DNA of 64,000 nucleotides from Tubiluchus corallicola (taxonomy: Eukaryota > Animalia > Priapulida): NCBI GenBank assembly GCA_030141605.1, contig JAQGDQ010000557.1, positions 77,775-141,774 of the forward strand, given 5' to 3'. Below the pieces are notes generated by a model. That model made no database searches. It saw nothing but the letters and a program-made list of their open reading frames with translations, and was not told the DNA's origin. This document shows, piece by piece, positions 27,901-59,837 of this stretch. The translations under genes were made by a program, and so were the position numbers. The first letter of the stretch is position 1; the number at the start of each line of letters is the position of its first letter.

Positions 27901-30900
27901 AAAAAAAAACGCCTTCAATCAATTTGAATAATATCACGGCAATTATTTACAGCAATGACAATGTATTTGAACCACTAACCTTATAAGATTTTATCCAGGT
28001 CTTACAGCTACTATAACATGTGGTACGCAAAGCCACATCTGATGCAGAAAATCTTCAGCTATACTCGCATGCCAACAAATTAACTAACCAACCACGCTGA
28101 CTTACCTGTAAATAAGCTGGATAATTATCTTCCAAGGCACTCTTCTTCTTCTGCCTTCGTTTCCTTGGCTTTGGTTTCTCGGCTGTAGTGTCGTTATCAG
28201 CGCTTGGAGGCTCTCTGACTTGTTCTTCTCCTAAATAAGGACATAAAATGTATAAATAATCAGATAAACAAAGCAGAAGTAACAAAAACCAGGTTAAACA
28301 AAATCACAACATTCAATAGGTATAATCATACAAATATGCCAAACTGTAATACATATAATGCAAATTGTAACTGCAGCAAAATGCTACCACAAAGAAACAT
28401 ACATATAAATTATCTAATTTTTCATACATTTCACAGTACAAGCTATAATCCGGCACTCATAGCAGTGCTCATTTAAATCTGGACAGTTGTGGCAAGACAG
28501 GAATCTGGATCATTAGCAATGATAATCATCCAAAGTGAGATACTTAACTAGTACTGATGTCTCAAAGCAGTAACTTTCCTCAAAGCAGTAAACAATCAAA
28601 ATAAGACAAAAGAAATTGCTCAGGCCGAATATTGAGCCCTGTGATCAACTATTCATTTCATCATATTTTTATTAATTGTATTTATTCTTGTGATTAAGAA
28701 CTATCTCTGCTCTATTAACCCTCTCTTCACTTACTACTTAACAATCAATAGAATTAAAAATTCTGTAACTTTGATTGCTTAACTAATATTTCAAGTATTG
28801 ATAAGAGTTAATACTGTTAAAAATAATATTCATCAGAGACTGAGAGCACAAACATAAACTGCTGTGACCTTGAATCTTACCATCAAATCTAAAAGCATCT
28901 GTAGCACCCAATTCAGTTCCAGGTTGAGCAGTCAAGCCAGAACTGGCCGATTTTGAGCGACTTCTCTGACGAACCATGAAACCACCAATACCTAGAGTTA
29001 GATTAAAACACAATGCATTTTCATGTAACAATTGACACTGATATAACGTACAATGTAGAGAAGTTGAAACTACAACCCGTAAGAGTAGCTAAACATAGAA
29101 ACTAAGCATGGTGTACACAAAAATCAAATTTAAAATGAAGTAATTAACTTTAATCCAAAAAGGAAATGCACACTTTATAGAAAACTACGAAACCGGTATA
29201 AATTTTACTCCTTACAGTCATTATTTAAAATTAAAATTTTACAATCACTGAATCACAGTCTGCCTTATTAAAAATATGGCTACAAAACAAAAATATCTAT
29301 CAGAATATTTTATATTTATTTCAAGTACATTTTGTATCAGACTTATGTTATTAAAGTTTAATGTTACAATGTTCTGATTATAATTTAAAAACCATTTCAC
29401 GCTTTATGGTTCTAAAGCTGTGTATGAAATGCGATGTCCTTGAAAAGAGGTGCAGTTTCTCTGAAACGGGAAATTTCGAACAACTAGAACAGTCACAAAT
29501 TCATAATACATAATAGCTAAAAAAAAATTGTTATAGTCTGGTGTATAATTATAGCTGAATTGTACCACAAGGAAGTATTTCCTAAGTAAAGTGTACACGA
29601 GGCAGTTTTTTCGCAAGTCAATCTAATGGCAGCAGACAATGACGCATTTCATAACCTTATTCCCTTTTCATTGCATCCTGATTCATTTCAGAGTAATTTT
29701 AAATCCAGGGGCAATATATACCTCACTGCTTATCTCCGGCCCTTTTCTCCAAAGAGGGCTGTTAGGGTACTGAAGAAGCAAAGTCAAGGATGATATCAAA
29801 TAAGAACAGATTTGAACCTGCAACTTCCATCACACGTCTGAGCGCTGCAGCTAACTGACCTCGATTCAAATGATCCATTGATAAGTTTTGTTTAATTGAA
29901 TAAACTTCACTTAAAAAGCAAGCTAGAACAGTACAGCAAAAAGAACAAAAGTGGCACCTATATTTTTAGCAAGTCTGTACGGTTTCCTCTGTCGCTTCTT
30001 CCCATCTTTTGTGAGGTCATCTCCCTTAGCTGAAGGAGAAAAAGTATCGGCCATTTCCTCTTCCAGATCTTTTGCTTCTGGTTCTCCAGATGTGTCACCT
30101 AAAACAAGCAAGTAGTAGAACATCATTCTGCTTTTCTTCTAAAATGTTTAACTAGCATATTATCACAATAGTAAGAAAACAGTCTATAGAGGAATATTCA
30201 ATGGAACAGTTTATTTTATATTAAAAAGCACAAAGGATTACAGGATCTCTGTACTATCGCAATTTTGAAGATGAGGCTTAATAGACTCACTTTGAGGCGC
30301 AAGTGTTTTGACCCAATTAACCGACTGATTCAAGTAGCCGACGGGTGTAACCTATTACTAACAGTAGAAGTGTGAGTCATAACTCATCACCTTAGTATGT
30401 ATTGCAAAGTCTTTAAATTAATTTTAGAAACGAATTACAATAATGTCAAAATTCCTATGAGCAATTATTTAGGAGTACTAATTTATATAAGAGAATTAAT
30501 AAAAAAAATGAAAATACAAAAATTGCACAAATCTGATTATCACAAAAAAAAATTAAAAATTCATGCAAGGTCGGTTGCTTCATTTCTTCAAGAAGTTGGT
30601 TATGAAATTCTCATAATGATAAAACCATTGAAAATCTGTCGCTGAATGCTGCACATATTTATTAACTTCAAAAGCCGCTGGGCAAGTGATAAAATGGTTA
30701 TCTTCTAAAAACAACAAGGTTAACTACAGTGAACAAGTGGGTGACAGATTCAAAGCAAAACTGCTAGGCTACAATATTAGGGCATATGATAAACATATGA
30801 TTACACACAAAGCTGTACTTAATGTGGCTGTTTCTTATATTATATTGTATCACATATATTATAGCGCACAAAATCGGCATAAAACGACAAAGAAGCAGCA

Positions 30901-33900
30901 AAAGCTCTTTGGGCACACACAAGTGTCTTATTTTAAGTACGTGAAGGAAAAATAATGAGTCAGTTATGTGGAGTTATGGGACTCAATTACCAACAGTTTT
31001 TATATACATTTGAATAGGAGCGGCCCACAGTATGAGATGTTTTTGAGTCAATTAAGCGATTGAGTCTATTAACCGTGAGTCTAATAAACAGTGCCTATTG
31101 CACCAACTAAACAAGTTTTGTCAGTTATTACAGGAGCAACATTTTTTCTCAAATGTAGAATTGTGTTACAAACATCTCCCACTATATGAATCATAAGAAG
31201 CATTCACTTATGAGTCTTATTTACGACAAAGCAAGAAAAAGCATAGACGCTTGGGAGTCAAAAATCATTTCTAAAATACTAAATGATGAAAAAAATATTT
31301 GTCGTTCATGAAGAATTTGACTGAATAGCAGTTGAATAGATCAGTATAAAATTTAAGGGCTCTCGAGTACATCTTGATTGTGTTTCATGTGTTTTCCTTA
31401 CGAGATGAAGTAAAAGAACATAGCATATCTATAATAGGCACTACTAAGAGAAACTCAAACATACTGGAAAACATTAAATTCAATGCTGACTTCGTTGAAC
31501 TTTTTTTTGAAGCCTACAAGATAAACTCAAGAAACAGATGAAAGCTTGAGTTTGACACATCTCCGAGTCTCTCCACTGTTTTTCAGTCGTAACTCTCAAG
31601 AATACAGACCACATGAGCAAAGCTTGATAATGACTGAATGCCGAGTTTCTTTCATCAAAATTATGTGTACGAATATAAGCTGCACTATTATTTCCTGTTT
31701 TACACCCTCTGGCACGAACTTAATGCTGAAGTTAGAGAGACACTTTCTTTAAATACATCAATTGAAAAAAAGAAAAATAACATTAATATTACATAAATAC
31801 CAATAACAAGAACTTTTCTACAATGCTCTTCAATAACATATACGATAACAGTTTATATTCTAGAATGAGCTAGTGAAATGTATACAATAATGCAATGATA
31901 TTTCCCAAACAATACCATAAAGAATGCGAATAAAGCTGCATACAGCTGGCATGTAATGCAAACCAGCCTTTAGAAATAGTAGCAGAACTTAGTACGGAAC
32001 AAAAGATATTTCAATGTACAATAAAATATCTCACTCAAATTTATGAAATATTTAAAACAAATATTACGCAAACAGATACACAGTACGCCGTGTTGACGAG
32101 GAACTTATAAAATTATTACGACGTTGATTAAAACTGCATCATCATTATGCGTGTAAGTAATTAATTAAACAACGTTGTGGATGATGCATTAGATATTGAT
32201 CAAATTATTATGCTTGTACATCTAGTTAAATAGACAATGCTAGTTATGCGAGAGGAAGGGTAACCATGTGAATATAACATAAACTGCTGCTTAGAAAAAT
32301 GGCTATCTGTCAAATATCTACACTTTGTGTGTTCCACAGTAATAATAACAGAAATGTGCCTTTGGCACACGCAAAGCAGATGCAAATAAATTTCAGTTGA
32401 AGACATATGTACGCGTTAATAACACTAAAAGCAGGGCAGATTCGTGCCGCACCTTATCTTAAATGAAAATTAACTTCTGAAATAACTTGCAAGTTAATTT
32501 GCAATAAACTAATAAACTAGGATCATGCAAACTAATGCTTAAAGGTCATGATTATGTCATTTGGCAAGCAGGTACACAGCATTCAATGGCAGCCCTATCT
32601 ATTACACTAATAGTTGTGGCAGGACTAACACCTTTCTAATTATTAAGAAATTATTCTTCTAAATGAGTACCCTGCTTATAGGTGTGCTTATATGTATATC
32701 CTGCTTATATATATACCTCCTTCCTCATTGAGATAAATAGGTCAGCGATAGAATGGCAGATGAAACTATCCAGCAACGAAACTGGTTCCCATCCATTTGC
32801 TAGCCAGACAAGGCATTGCTTAATTTTAGTCACAAAACACATATCGTGACCACCCAGCTAGACCCACTGCTTCCAAACACTTGTCCAATGTGGCCACATA
32901 AATGAATAATCGCCGTCGGAATATGGTTTCATATGCTTGGCAATTTGATACGAAACCACATAGCTAGCTCGCACTATGTTTTCTCCTTTCCCTCGTTACT
33001 TGTGAAACATACCTTGCTGACCACAGAGGACGCTTCTTAATTTCTTGATTTTCTCTGCTCTCTTATCTCCTTCTAACTTTCCATACTTTCTATCTTTGTG
33101 TTTTGCTTCATAGTGCCTCTCTTCAAGTTGTATTCTTTTAGGACACTAACATTATCGCCACAAATGAGACATGTCGGTTTACCTTTTTGTTCAATAAAGA
33201 AATACTCATTCATCCATCTGTCTTGAAACACTCCATGCTCTTCTTCAATTTTCCTCTTTTTTTATCCATGTATAATTTTATTTATAATTTATTTTGTAAA
33301 ATAACTAAGTGAAAAAGAAGACGCCTGAGCTGATCTGCCGGCCCGATAATAAAAGCATAGTGATTGGCTAGTTGGTCTTCCTATCAGCCAATCAGATTGC
33401 TTCTCACATTTCTTGCATGTTTGAGCGTTTCAATGACGGCTTCAGTGATAGTTTGTCGTGTTCTGTGATTTTACGTCATGTTTTGTGTTCTACGTAAGTA
33501 TCGTAAAATTTCATCATGTCCGACAGTGTCAATCGTCTCGTAAGAGTTCACCATTAAAACTGTGATCATTAAACCCGATCATGGCATGGACTTTAGTTAG
33601 AAACATCTTCCTGATACTTGCGACTCAATTCATCGCCCGGGCCGCACTTTCATTAGGTTGACAAACCTTTTCGCGGGGCGCACAAGATCTGTCAGCGGGC
33701 CGCAGTTTGCACACCCCTGACAGAAGTGAATAATCATGTGTTCTTAGCTTGATGAAACAGATAATCTTCAACAAACAAAAACTATTGCACTCGTTCTCTA
33801 TCACTCCACTCTGGTGCTGAACCAAGGAAGGTACATTAACTATTAAAAGTCGTTAACTTCAGCATAAGTGCATAACAGCTTTTCCGTGTACAATGTTGAT

Positions 33901-34212
33901 TTTTAATAAAAGTCTGCTTACTGGAAGAATATTTTTACAAAAAAAGGAAATAAATACCTCTGCTAATGTCTGCAGCCGATGCACTACCCTCCGACTCCAT
34001 GCCTCCGTCTATGGAGGGCACTCTCATAACGGGTGTCTGTCCTCCCAACAGCGGCATTGGTCCCGGGAGGCAACCAGGAGGCACCCGTCGACGGGGGCGT
34101 TGCGGCTTCTTTGGCTGTGGTATAGTCAAGTCACGTATGGCTGCCATGCCGTTCTCCGTGAGAAACATGCCGTCGACGTAGTACTGATGTTGCAACCGAG
34201 GCCTCTGAAGCT
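991..34212 (-). CDS. KMT2C: KMT2C/KMT2D-like (MLL3/4, trithorax-related) histone H3K4 methyltransferase, central portion, 33 exons, partial at both ends
   Basis: GT-AG exons with consistent phases: 33958-34212, 29958-30098, 28881-28991, 28106-28230, 27372-27597, 26090-26212, 23028-23162, 21642-21731, 21158-21377, 19888-20087, 19245-19369, 18816-19050, 18580-18696, 16890-18142, 16596-16755, 16299-16489, 16040-16163, 15131-15373, 14834-15000, 14127-14457, 13799-14011, 13071-13280, 12069-12221, 11769-11965, 11454-11627, 10695-11002, 10409-10575, 9799-10182, 7089-7205, 3054-6626, 2022-2236, 1606-1762, 991-1122. Motifs recalled from KMT2C/D in the expected order: DGMFLTENG, RKPYR..GIGGFMVRQRSR, LEDNYPAYLQEAFFGRDL, HMG box, FNILEYADPELD, EQPLLLEDLLEQEKRE, QYEKWL..KLRKDKKALNAR, DENNPFSDS. 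C versus D cannot be distinguished (probably a single invertebrate orthologue). Confidence 0.92.
3054..6626 (-). CDS. KMT2C: Giant (3573-nt) Ser/Thr/Pro-rich, probably disordered exon of the KMT2C/D-like gene
   Basis: 1193-aa ORF; acceptor ttttttacag before 6626 and donor gtatgt after 3054; phase 1-1, compatible with both neighbouring exons. Confidence 0.85.
7423..7688. mobile_element. PIF/Harbinger-like MITE
   Basis: Imperfect TIRs cggcgcattcagactagcgagttttct / agaaaactcactagtctgagcatgctg, flanked by TAA on both sides. Confidence 0.75.
10409..11965 (-). CDS. KMT2C: KMT2C/D conserved coiled-coil region exons (11769-11965, 11454-11627, 10695-11002, 10409-10575)
   Basis: QQQLQYEKWLFQHQQMLQ|YELKTLETNIAKLRKDKKALNARSRVLKKNGGELSESD...EIEQ|MRKKNRQHGIVVSEYRQK and RVDENNPFSDS. 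Confidence 0.9.
16890..18142 (-). CDS. KMT2C: Pro/Ser-rich exon of KMT2C/D with DPY-type repeats and an LxxLL box (QLRDLL)
   Basis: 425-aa ORF with PDPYARP, PDPYCKP, PDPYLQ motifs, ending QQLRDLLAKQSQ; splice phases fit. Confidence 0.88.
19245..20087 (-). CDS. KMT2C: KMT2C/D HMG-box exons (19888-20087 and 19245-19369)
   Basis: Spliced translation QRNVMKWEKDEENGVMSTISPVLYANMMHPELKNEYP|DWTERAKQIAKLWRKLSTEQKAPYLAKARENRAASRIQK resembles the KMT2C/D HMG box closely. Confidence 0.95.
23534..23804. repeat. Imperfect palindrome built from a LINE-like 3' coding fragment
   Basis: ~120-bp arms in inverted orientation around a ~25-nt loop; the arm translates as GNSLPVEIKRIKSLTAFKTK, like the C-terminus of CR1/L2-group ORF2. 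Confidence 0.7.
24531..25350. mobile_element. Tc1/mariner-pogo-like non-autonomous element, copy 1
   Basis: ta|cagtagg...cctactg|ta termini with TA duplication and ~25-bp imperfect TIRs; a second copy lies at ~30275-31100. Confidence 0.8.
26319..27036. mobile_element. Degenerate Tigger/pogo-like MITE
   Basis: Ends agtaaatcctcacttagtga and tcgttaagcgaggacttact are imperfect inverted repeats. Confidence 0.55.
29809..29865 (-). mobile_element. Possible degenerate tRNA-derived SINE head
   Basis: Minus strand ggtcagttagctgcagcg...gcaggttcaaatc resembles Pol III A and B boxes; no full cloverleaf. Confidence 0.3.
30275..31100. mobile_element. Same pogo-like element, copy 2, in inverted orientation
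   Basis: Reverse-complement similarity to 24531-25350 along its length; shared spurious ORF end FGHTQVSYFKYVKEK on opposite strands. Confidence 0.8.
32780..32835 (-). mobile_element. Possible degenerate 5S rRNA-derived SINE fragment
   Basis: cccatccatttgctagccagacaaggcattgcttaatt loosely resembles the reverse complement of the 5S internal promoter region (recalled, not aligned). Confidence 0.25.
32905..33719 (-). pseudogene. hAT (SPIN/Charlie, GTF2IRD2-like) transposon 5' fragment with disrupted transposase
   Basis: Terminus caggggtgtgcaaactgcggcccgc at 33719; frameshifted translation VFQDRWMNEYFFIEQKGKPTCLICGDNVSVLKEYNLK/RHYEAKH...GQQGMFHK*...VRASYVVSYQIAKHMKPYSDGD. Confidence 0.8.
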
Positions 34213-36164
34213 CTAAGAACAAATGATATTCCAATTAAGTCATTTTAAGAACAGTAAGAGAAATCAAGTAAAATCAGAAAAGTGCAGCAACCGCAGACTC
34301 TACTTAAACAATGAGCATATAGAAATGCAACTGCTTCATATGGTGTCGTTACATTGGAGCCTACTTTTTAATTGTCTTCATTTGCTGATGATTATCGGAA
34401 AATAATAGCAGCTTTGACCGCCGCCGCAGTGGCTAAACCAATTTCATCAGTCTGGGTATAAACGAATACATGTATAAATCTGCAACTGTTTCTACGTGGG
34501 CATAGAATGTATAAACAAAATTTTCAAGTCCATGCTGAGCCCACTAGCAATATTTCAAAATTGGTCATTTTACATTCCAATAGTGATTAATTCCGTTTTT
34601 CTGTCGTACTTTTTATTTGTGACTTTTCTCCACAAAAACTGTTTCCATGAAAACTACAACTTCACTCGATTCAAGAAAAACATCAACACTTCTATCACTA
34701 GCAAATTAATTATTTAATTATAAGGACTGCTTCTGCTCGGGATATACTTTCCTATCTTCGCCTTTTTAATGTTTCAGAGGAATACGACATGTGAACTTTA
34801 AGATCCAAATTCTCTCTAATGAGCTTACAATGTAGACTAAATGAAATCTTTATGGTCAATGGTCAAAGTCATCAAGGCCACCCACAAAAAATGCAATAAC
34901 ATGATAGACATGTGACAGTTATTCCGGATTTAGAATTTATTACTGCAATAAAAAGTTTTTTTGTTTGTATAGCTACTAAGCTGAGTAAACAAAATGTCGT
35001 ACTCCATCTACTTTGCATCTGATTAAATTCAAGTCTTTTTAATGAATGTTCTTTGATATCATTAGGGAATGTGTAGAAGTGTTTAGTTTTTTGCTATTAA
35101 CTGTACTGACTAAAACAACTTTCAATCTGATGTGGTATCAACGCCTAGTCGAAATTCAAAGCTAAGTTTCAGCTGCTCTTAAACTATAAAAATTTAGCAT
35201 ACAGGGATCAGGTTATTTTTCTAGTTTGCTTCTATGTGAGATGATGTACATAAGACGAATGAATTAAATAAGTCAGCACTTAATCTACAAACTCTTGGCG
35301 CTACTATACACATTTTCAAACATAATGACATCAAGTAATTACCCACCAATAACGATTAATGTCAGAGAGAACGATGAAGAATGTGATGCAGCAAATGACA
35401 TGAGAATGAATTTTAAAACCTGGATGTTCGACAAACCGACGCGGACTGCGGTGCAGTGAAAAATTTAAAAGTGAATTTAAAGAAAGGATTCATGCCAAAC
35501 CTTCTGTATAATACGACACAATATAACATTTGAAGATGAATAAATTTTAAACTAATGTTAAAATAATTTGGAAGCTTGCGAAAGCCAACATAAATTGTAA
35601 TGCAGGGCAAGGATTTAGAATATGCCTAGTGAAAAACATGATATCATGCATAAAGCTTTGGGAATTCATAAATTTTGACCTAAAATTAAGGTACTCAGGA
35701 AAGTAGTGTGTGTAGTATGAAAATTTAAATAAGCTTTAACAATCTTGTAATGACTGCAATTTCAACCGTTGTGCAGAAAGCAGTGCAGAGCAGTGGATTG
35801 TAAAAATCCGAAACACCATCAAAATCTGCGTAGAGTAGACTACGATGCGTGTAGTGCTCAGGGTGAAGGTTTGAAATGGGAAAGGTAACAAAATTCTATG
35901 CAAACTTTCAAGCAGTGAGGTATTACAAGAATGAATCTCAAAAGCAGAAACATTCCCAAAGTCTGAGTAGATCATATTGCAGGAAGATAGTCAGTAACAG
36001 ATTTTAACAACTGGAAATTTGTCAAAACTTTCAGAAGACTTATGCATAGTAATAGTACGATGTAGTAAATGTATTATGATGAACATAAAATTGGGGTACT
36101 GAGAACAATAATAATAATATTATTTTTTACCACCACTCATTACAATGGAATACATTGGGTAGGA

Positions 36165-36795
36165 TGGTGGTAGAGATGATGTTGGTGGTAGACATGATGT
36201 TGGTGGTAGAGATGATGTTGGTGATAGAGATGATGTTGGTGATAGAGATGATGTTGGTGGTAGAGATGATGTTGGTGGTAGACATGATGTTGGTGGTAGA
36301 GATGATGTTGGTGATAGAGATGATGTTGGTGATAGAGATGATGTTGGTGGTAGAGATGATGTTGGTGGTAGAGATGATGTTGGTGGTAGAGATGATGTTG
36401 GTGGTAGAGATGATGTTGGTGGTAGACATGATGTTGGTAGGAGACGTGATGTTGGTGGTAGAAATGATGTTGGTGGTAGAGATGATGTTGGTGGTAGAGA
36501 TGATGTTGGTGATAGACATGATGTTGGTGGTAGAGATGATGTTGGTGGTAGAGATGATGTTGGTGGTAGACATGATGTTGGTGGTAGAGATGATGTTGGC
36601 GGTAGAGATGATGTTGGCGGTAGAGATGATGTTGGCGGTAGAGATGATGTTGGCGGTAGAGATGATGTTGGCGGGAGAGATGATGTTGGCGGGAGAAATG
36701 ATGTTGGCGGGAGAAATGATGTTGGCGGTAGAGATGATGTTGGCGGTAGAGATGGTGTTGGTGGTAGAAATGATGTTGGTGGGAGACGTGATGTT
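36165..36795. repeat. 18-bp minisatellite (gatgatgttggtggtaga)n, about 35 copies
   Basis: Directly visible; 6-aa periodic ORFs on both strands. Confidence 0.95.
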
Positions 36796-37709
36796 AATGG
36801 TAAAGGTGATGCCAATGATATTATATACAACGACATTTTTCCTAAACTCAAATCACGTCATCTATCCAGCGGCATTCTATTTAAATTTTTGTAGAACTAC
36901 ATAAAGTCCACTAAACGTTTTGTTAACTGATTGTACGTATAATTGCATTTTAAATTATTATGTAGACTGTCTCTCAATCAAGTACTCATTAATAAACGAC
37001 TCAAGCTGTATTGCTGTGTAACTGTAATACTACACTAATTGTATTAATCCCACATGTATTGGATTTCTGAATTAAGAAGCAACATTGTACATTAAAATGT
37101 ACAACTTACACTTTGCATGGGCTTATAGACTTATGTACATCGAGAATTGTTTCTGTTATCGTATCTATTGTATGGGTTTTGTAAATTTTAATTAACTAAT
37201 GAACTAGTCGTATTTCTGAATTAACTATTTTGAGTTATTACGTACTCGAACTAACCAATTGTATATTTCATCACTGCACATAGTGGAAATACTGTGATCA
37301 GTAATAGTTACTGTGTTGTAAATCCACTCAAAATAAATAAAGTTTATACATAAAGGTGATGCTGATGGTAGAGAAGATGTTGTTGGTAGATATGATGCTA
37401 GTGGTAAAGATAATGCTGGTGGTGACTGGTAATGAGGCAGAATGCAGATAGTACAAATCATGCTAGTGTGTCCGATTTAGACGTAATACGGGTGATACAG
37501 ACGGCGCAGGTGATGGATTTAACACTGAGGGTGGTAGAAATGATGTTACAATGGAGGTAATGGCGGCTGTATTAATGTAGTTACGGTCATACAAAAAATA
37601 ATACTAAGGTGAAGCGGTGGAATTGAAACTAGCTGAAGATCATGCTAGTAGTATTTAGGAGAGGAAGTAATAAAATGTCCGCTTTACGTTCTGGGCGGGG
37701 GGGGGGGGC

Positions 37710-38180
37710 AAGCCAGCCCAACTCAACGCCGGTCCCAAGCCCAGATAAATAGGGAGGGTTAGGGTCAGGAAGGGCATCCGCCTGTAAAAACTGCGCCAAA
37801 ACCTTCTATGAATGAGTCGGTGAGACTTAAAGGTAAAGTCCACAAAGAAGTGGTCAGACCCACTCTAATCTATGGGCTGGAAGCAGCTTCTCTAAAGAAA
37901 ACCGAAGAGAAGAAAATGGGTGTGGTGGAGATGAGGATGTTGAGATGGATGGGGGGAATAACAAGAAGAGATAAAATTAGAAATAATAATATCAGAGGAA
38001 CAGTGAAAGTAGTGGAAGCCTCGCAAGATTGCGATGGTATGGACACCTGAAAAGAAGAGTCGGTGAAGATCATGTGGGAAGGGACATAAATGAAGAGATG
38101 GTCAACAACAGGAATGCGTGGAGAAGACTCATTCATAACGGCGACCCCGAATATGGAAAAGATGGGAAGAAGAAGAAGAA
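37710..38180 (+). mobile_element. Internally deleted RTE-clade LINE
   Basis: RTE-like 5' motif gccggtcccaagccc..ggagggt..aggaagggcatcc joined to RT C-terminal coding KGKVHKEVVRPTLIYG..EMRMLRWMGGITRRDKIRN, ending in a (GAA)n tail. Confidence 0.8.
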
Positions 38181-38268
38181 CAAGTTAATATAAAAGTATT
38201 TCAGCCAATATTCCATCTAAAATTGAGAAGTTGAGTAATGTATCAAACAAGAAGTGATATTGTACTCA

Positions 38269-59021
<20,753 letters not shown>

Positions 59022-59837
59022 CTGGCGTATGTACAATTTATAAAGAAGAAAAAAGAGATAAAAACACGAACAGCAGGAGAAAGAACACACGTGCGGCTGC
59101 AAATCCAATTCTACATTATTCTACACTTTGCTCATCGAAACACTTTGTCTAAATACTTTATGTTTGTTTTTGTTTAAATAGATCATACTTACTTCTTAAA
59201 ATGTGAAGAGAGTTTGTTCTATTTCAAGACTAAGCGAATAACTCTTGATTTAGTAGGCAACATATATTTTAGTTTATCAAACAAAGCAAGGAGGCCATTA
59301 TGCAGCGGTAAGTCAAAGTAGTGAAGTTCAGCTGTTTTTCTTCCTCTGTGGTAATAGGCATACTATTGACCTACGCTTTTTTGTTTTTAAAAATAAATGC
59401 CACTAATACCACAGCGGCAAAATTACGCAAAGATTGGAAGTCTAATTGGGATTCTATAAAAATTTCAATATAGAAAATATTTTTTATAGTTTTGACCGGT
59501 TTGAATGAAACCTGAGTAACTATAGTAAGATGCACTCACTATCTTTACCTTTGTGAGTATTTAGTCTTTGAGTTTGTGAGTGTTCTGCTACGTGTCGTAT
59601 CAGCCGCTTCTGTAAGAAATTGTGAATCGACTTTAGACTCATGTTGATAAGTGAGCAGTAGCATTGTGTTGGCTCAATTTATCGAGTTAAGATTCATTTA
59701 GTTTAGTATAGTTTAAACTTGATTTATTTATAGTGGGTTTACAAAACAGACTGGATCTGATTCAGGTATCTCCACGAGTGCAAAGTGCTAATAAAAGAAT
59801 AAAGGACATCACAATTAATAATTATCACACTCGATTT

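Noticed and set aside
29958-29975. GC-AG or U12-type intron explaining the odd donor
   Set aside because: The GC at 29970 would be phase 0 and mismatch the phase-1 acceptor; no RTATCCTT U12 donor consensus is present.
36120-36904. Mucin- or extensin-like proteins from the 243, 148 and 249-aa ORFs
   Set aside because: Open frames on both strands follow from a stop-free 18-bp unit; no phase-compatible splice link to either gene was found.
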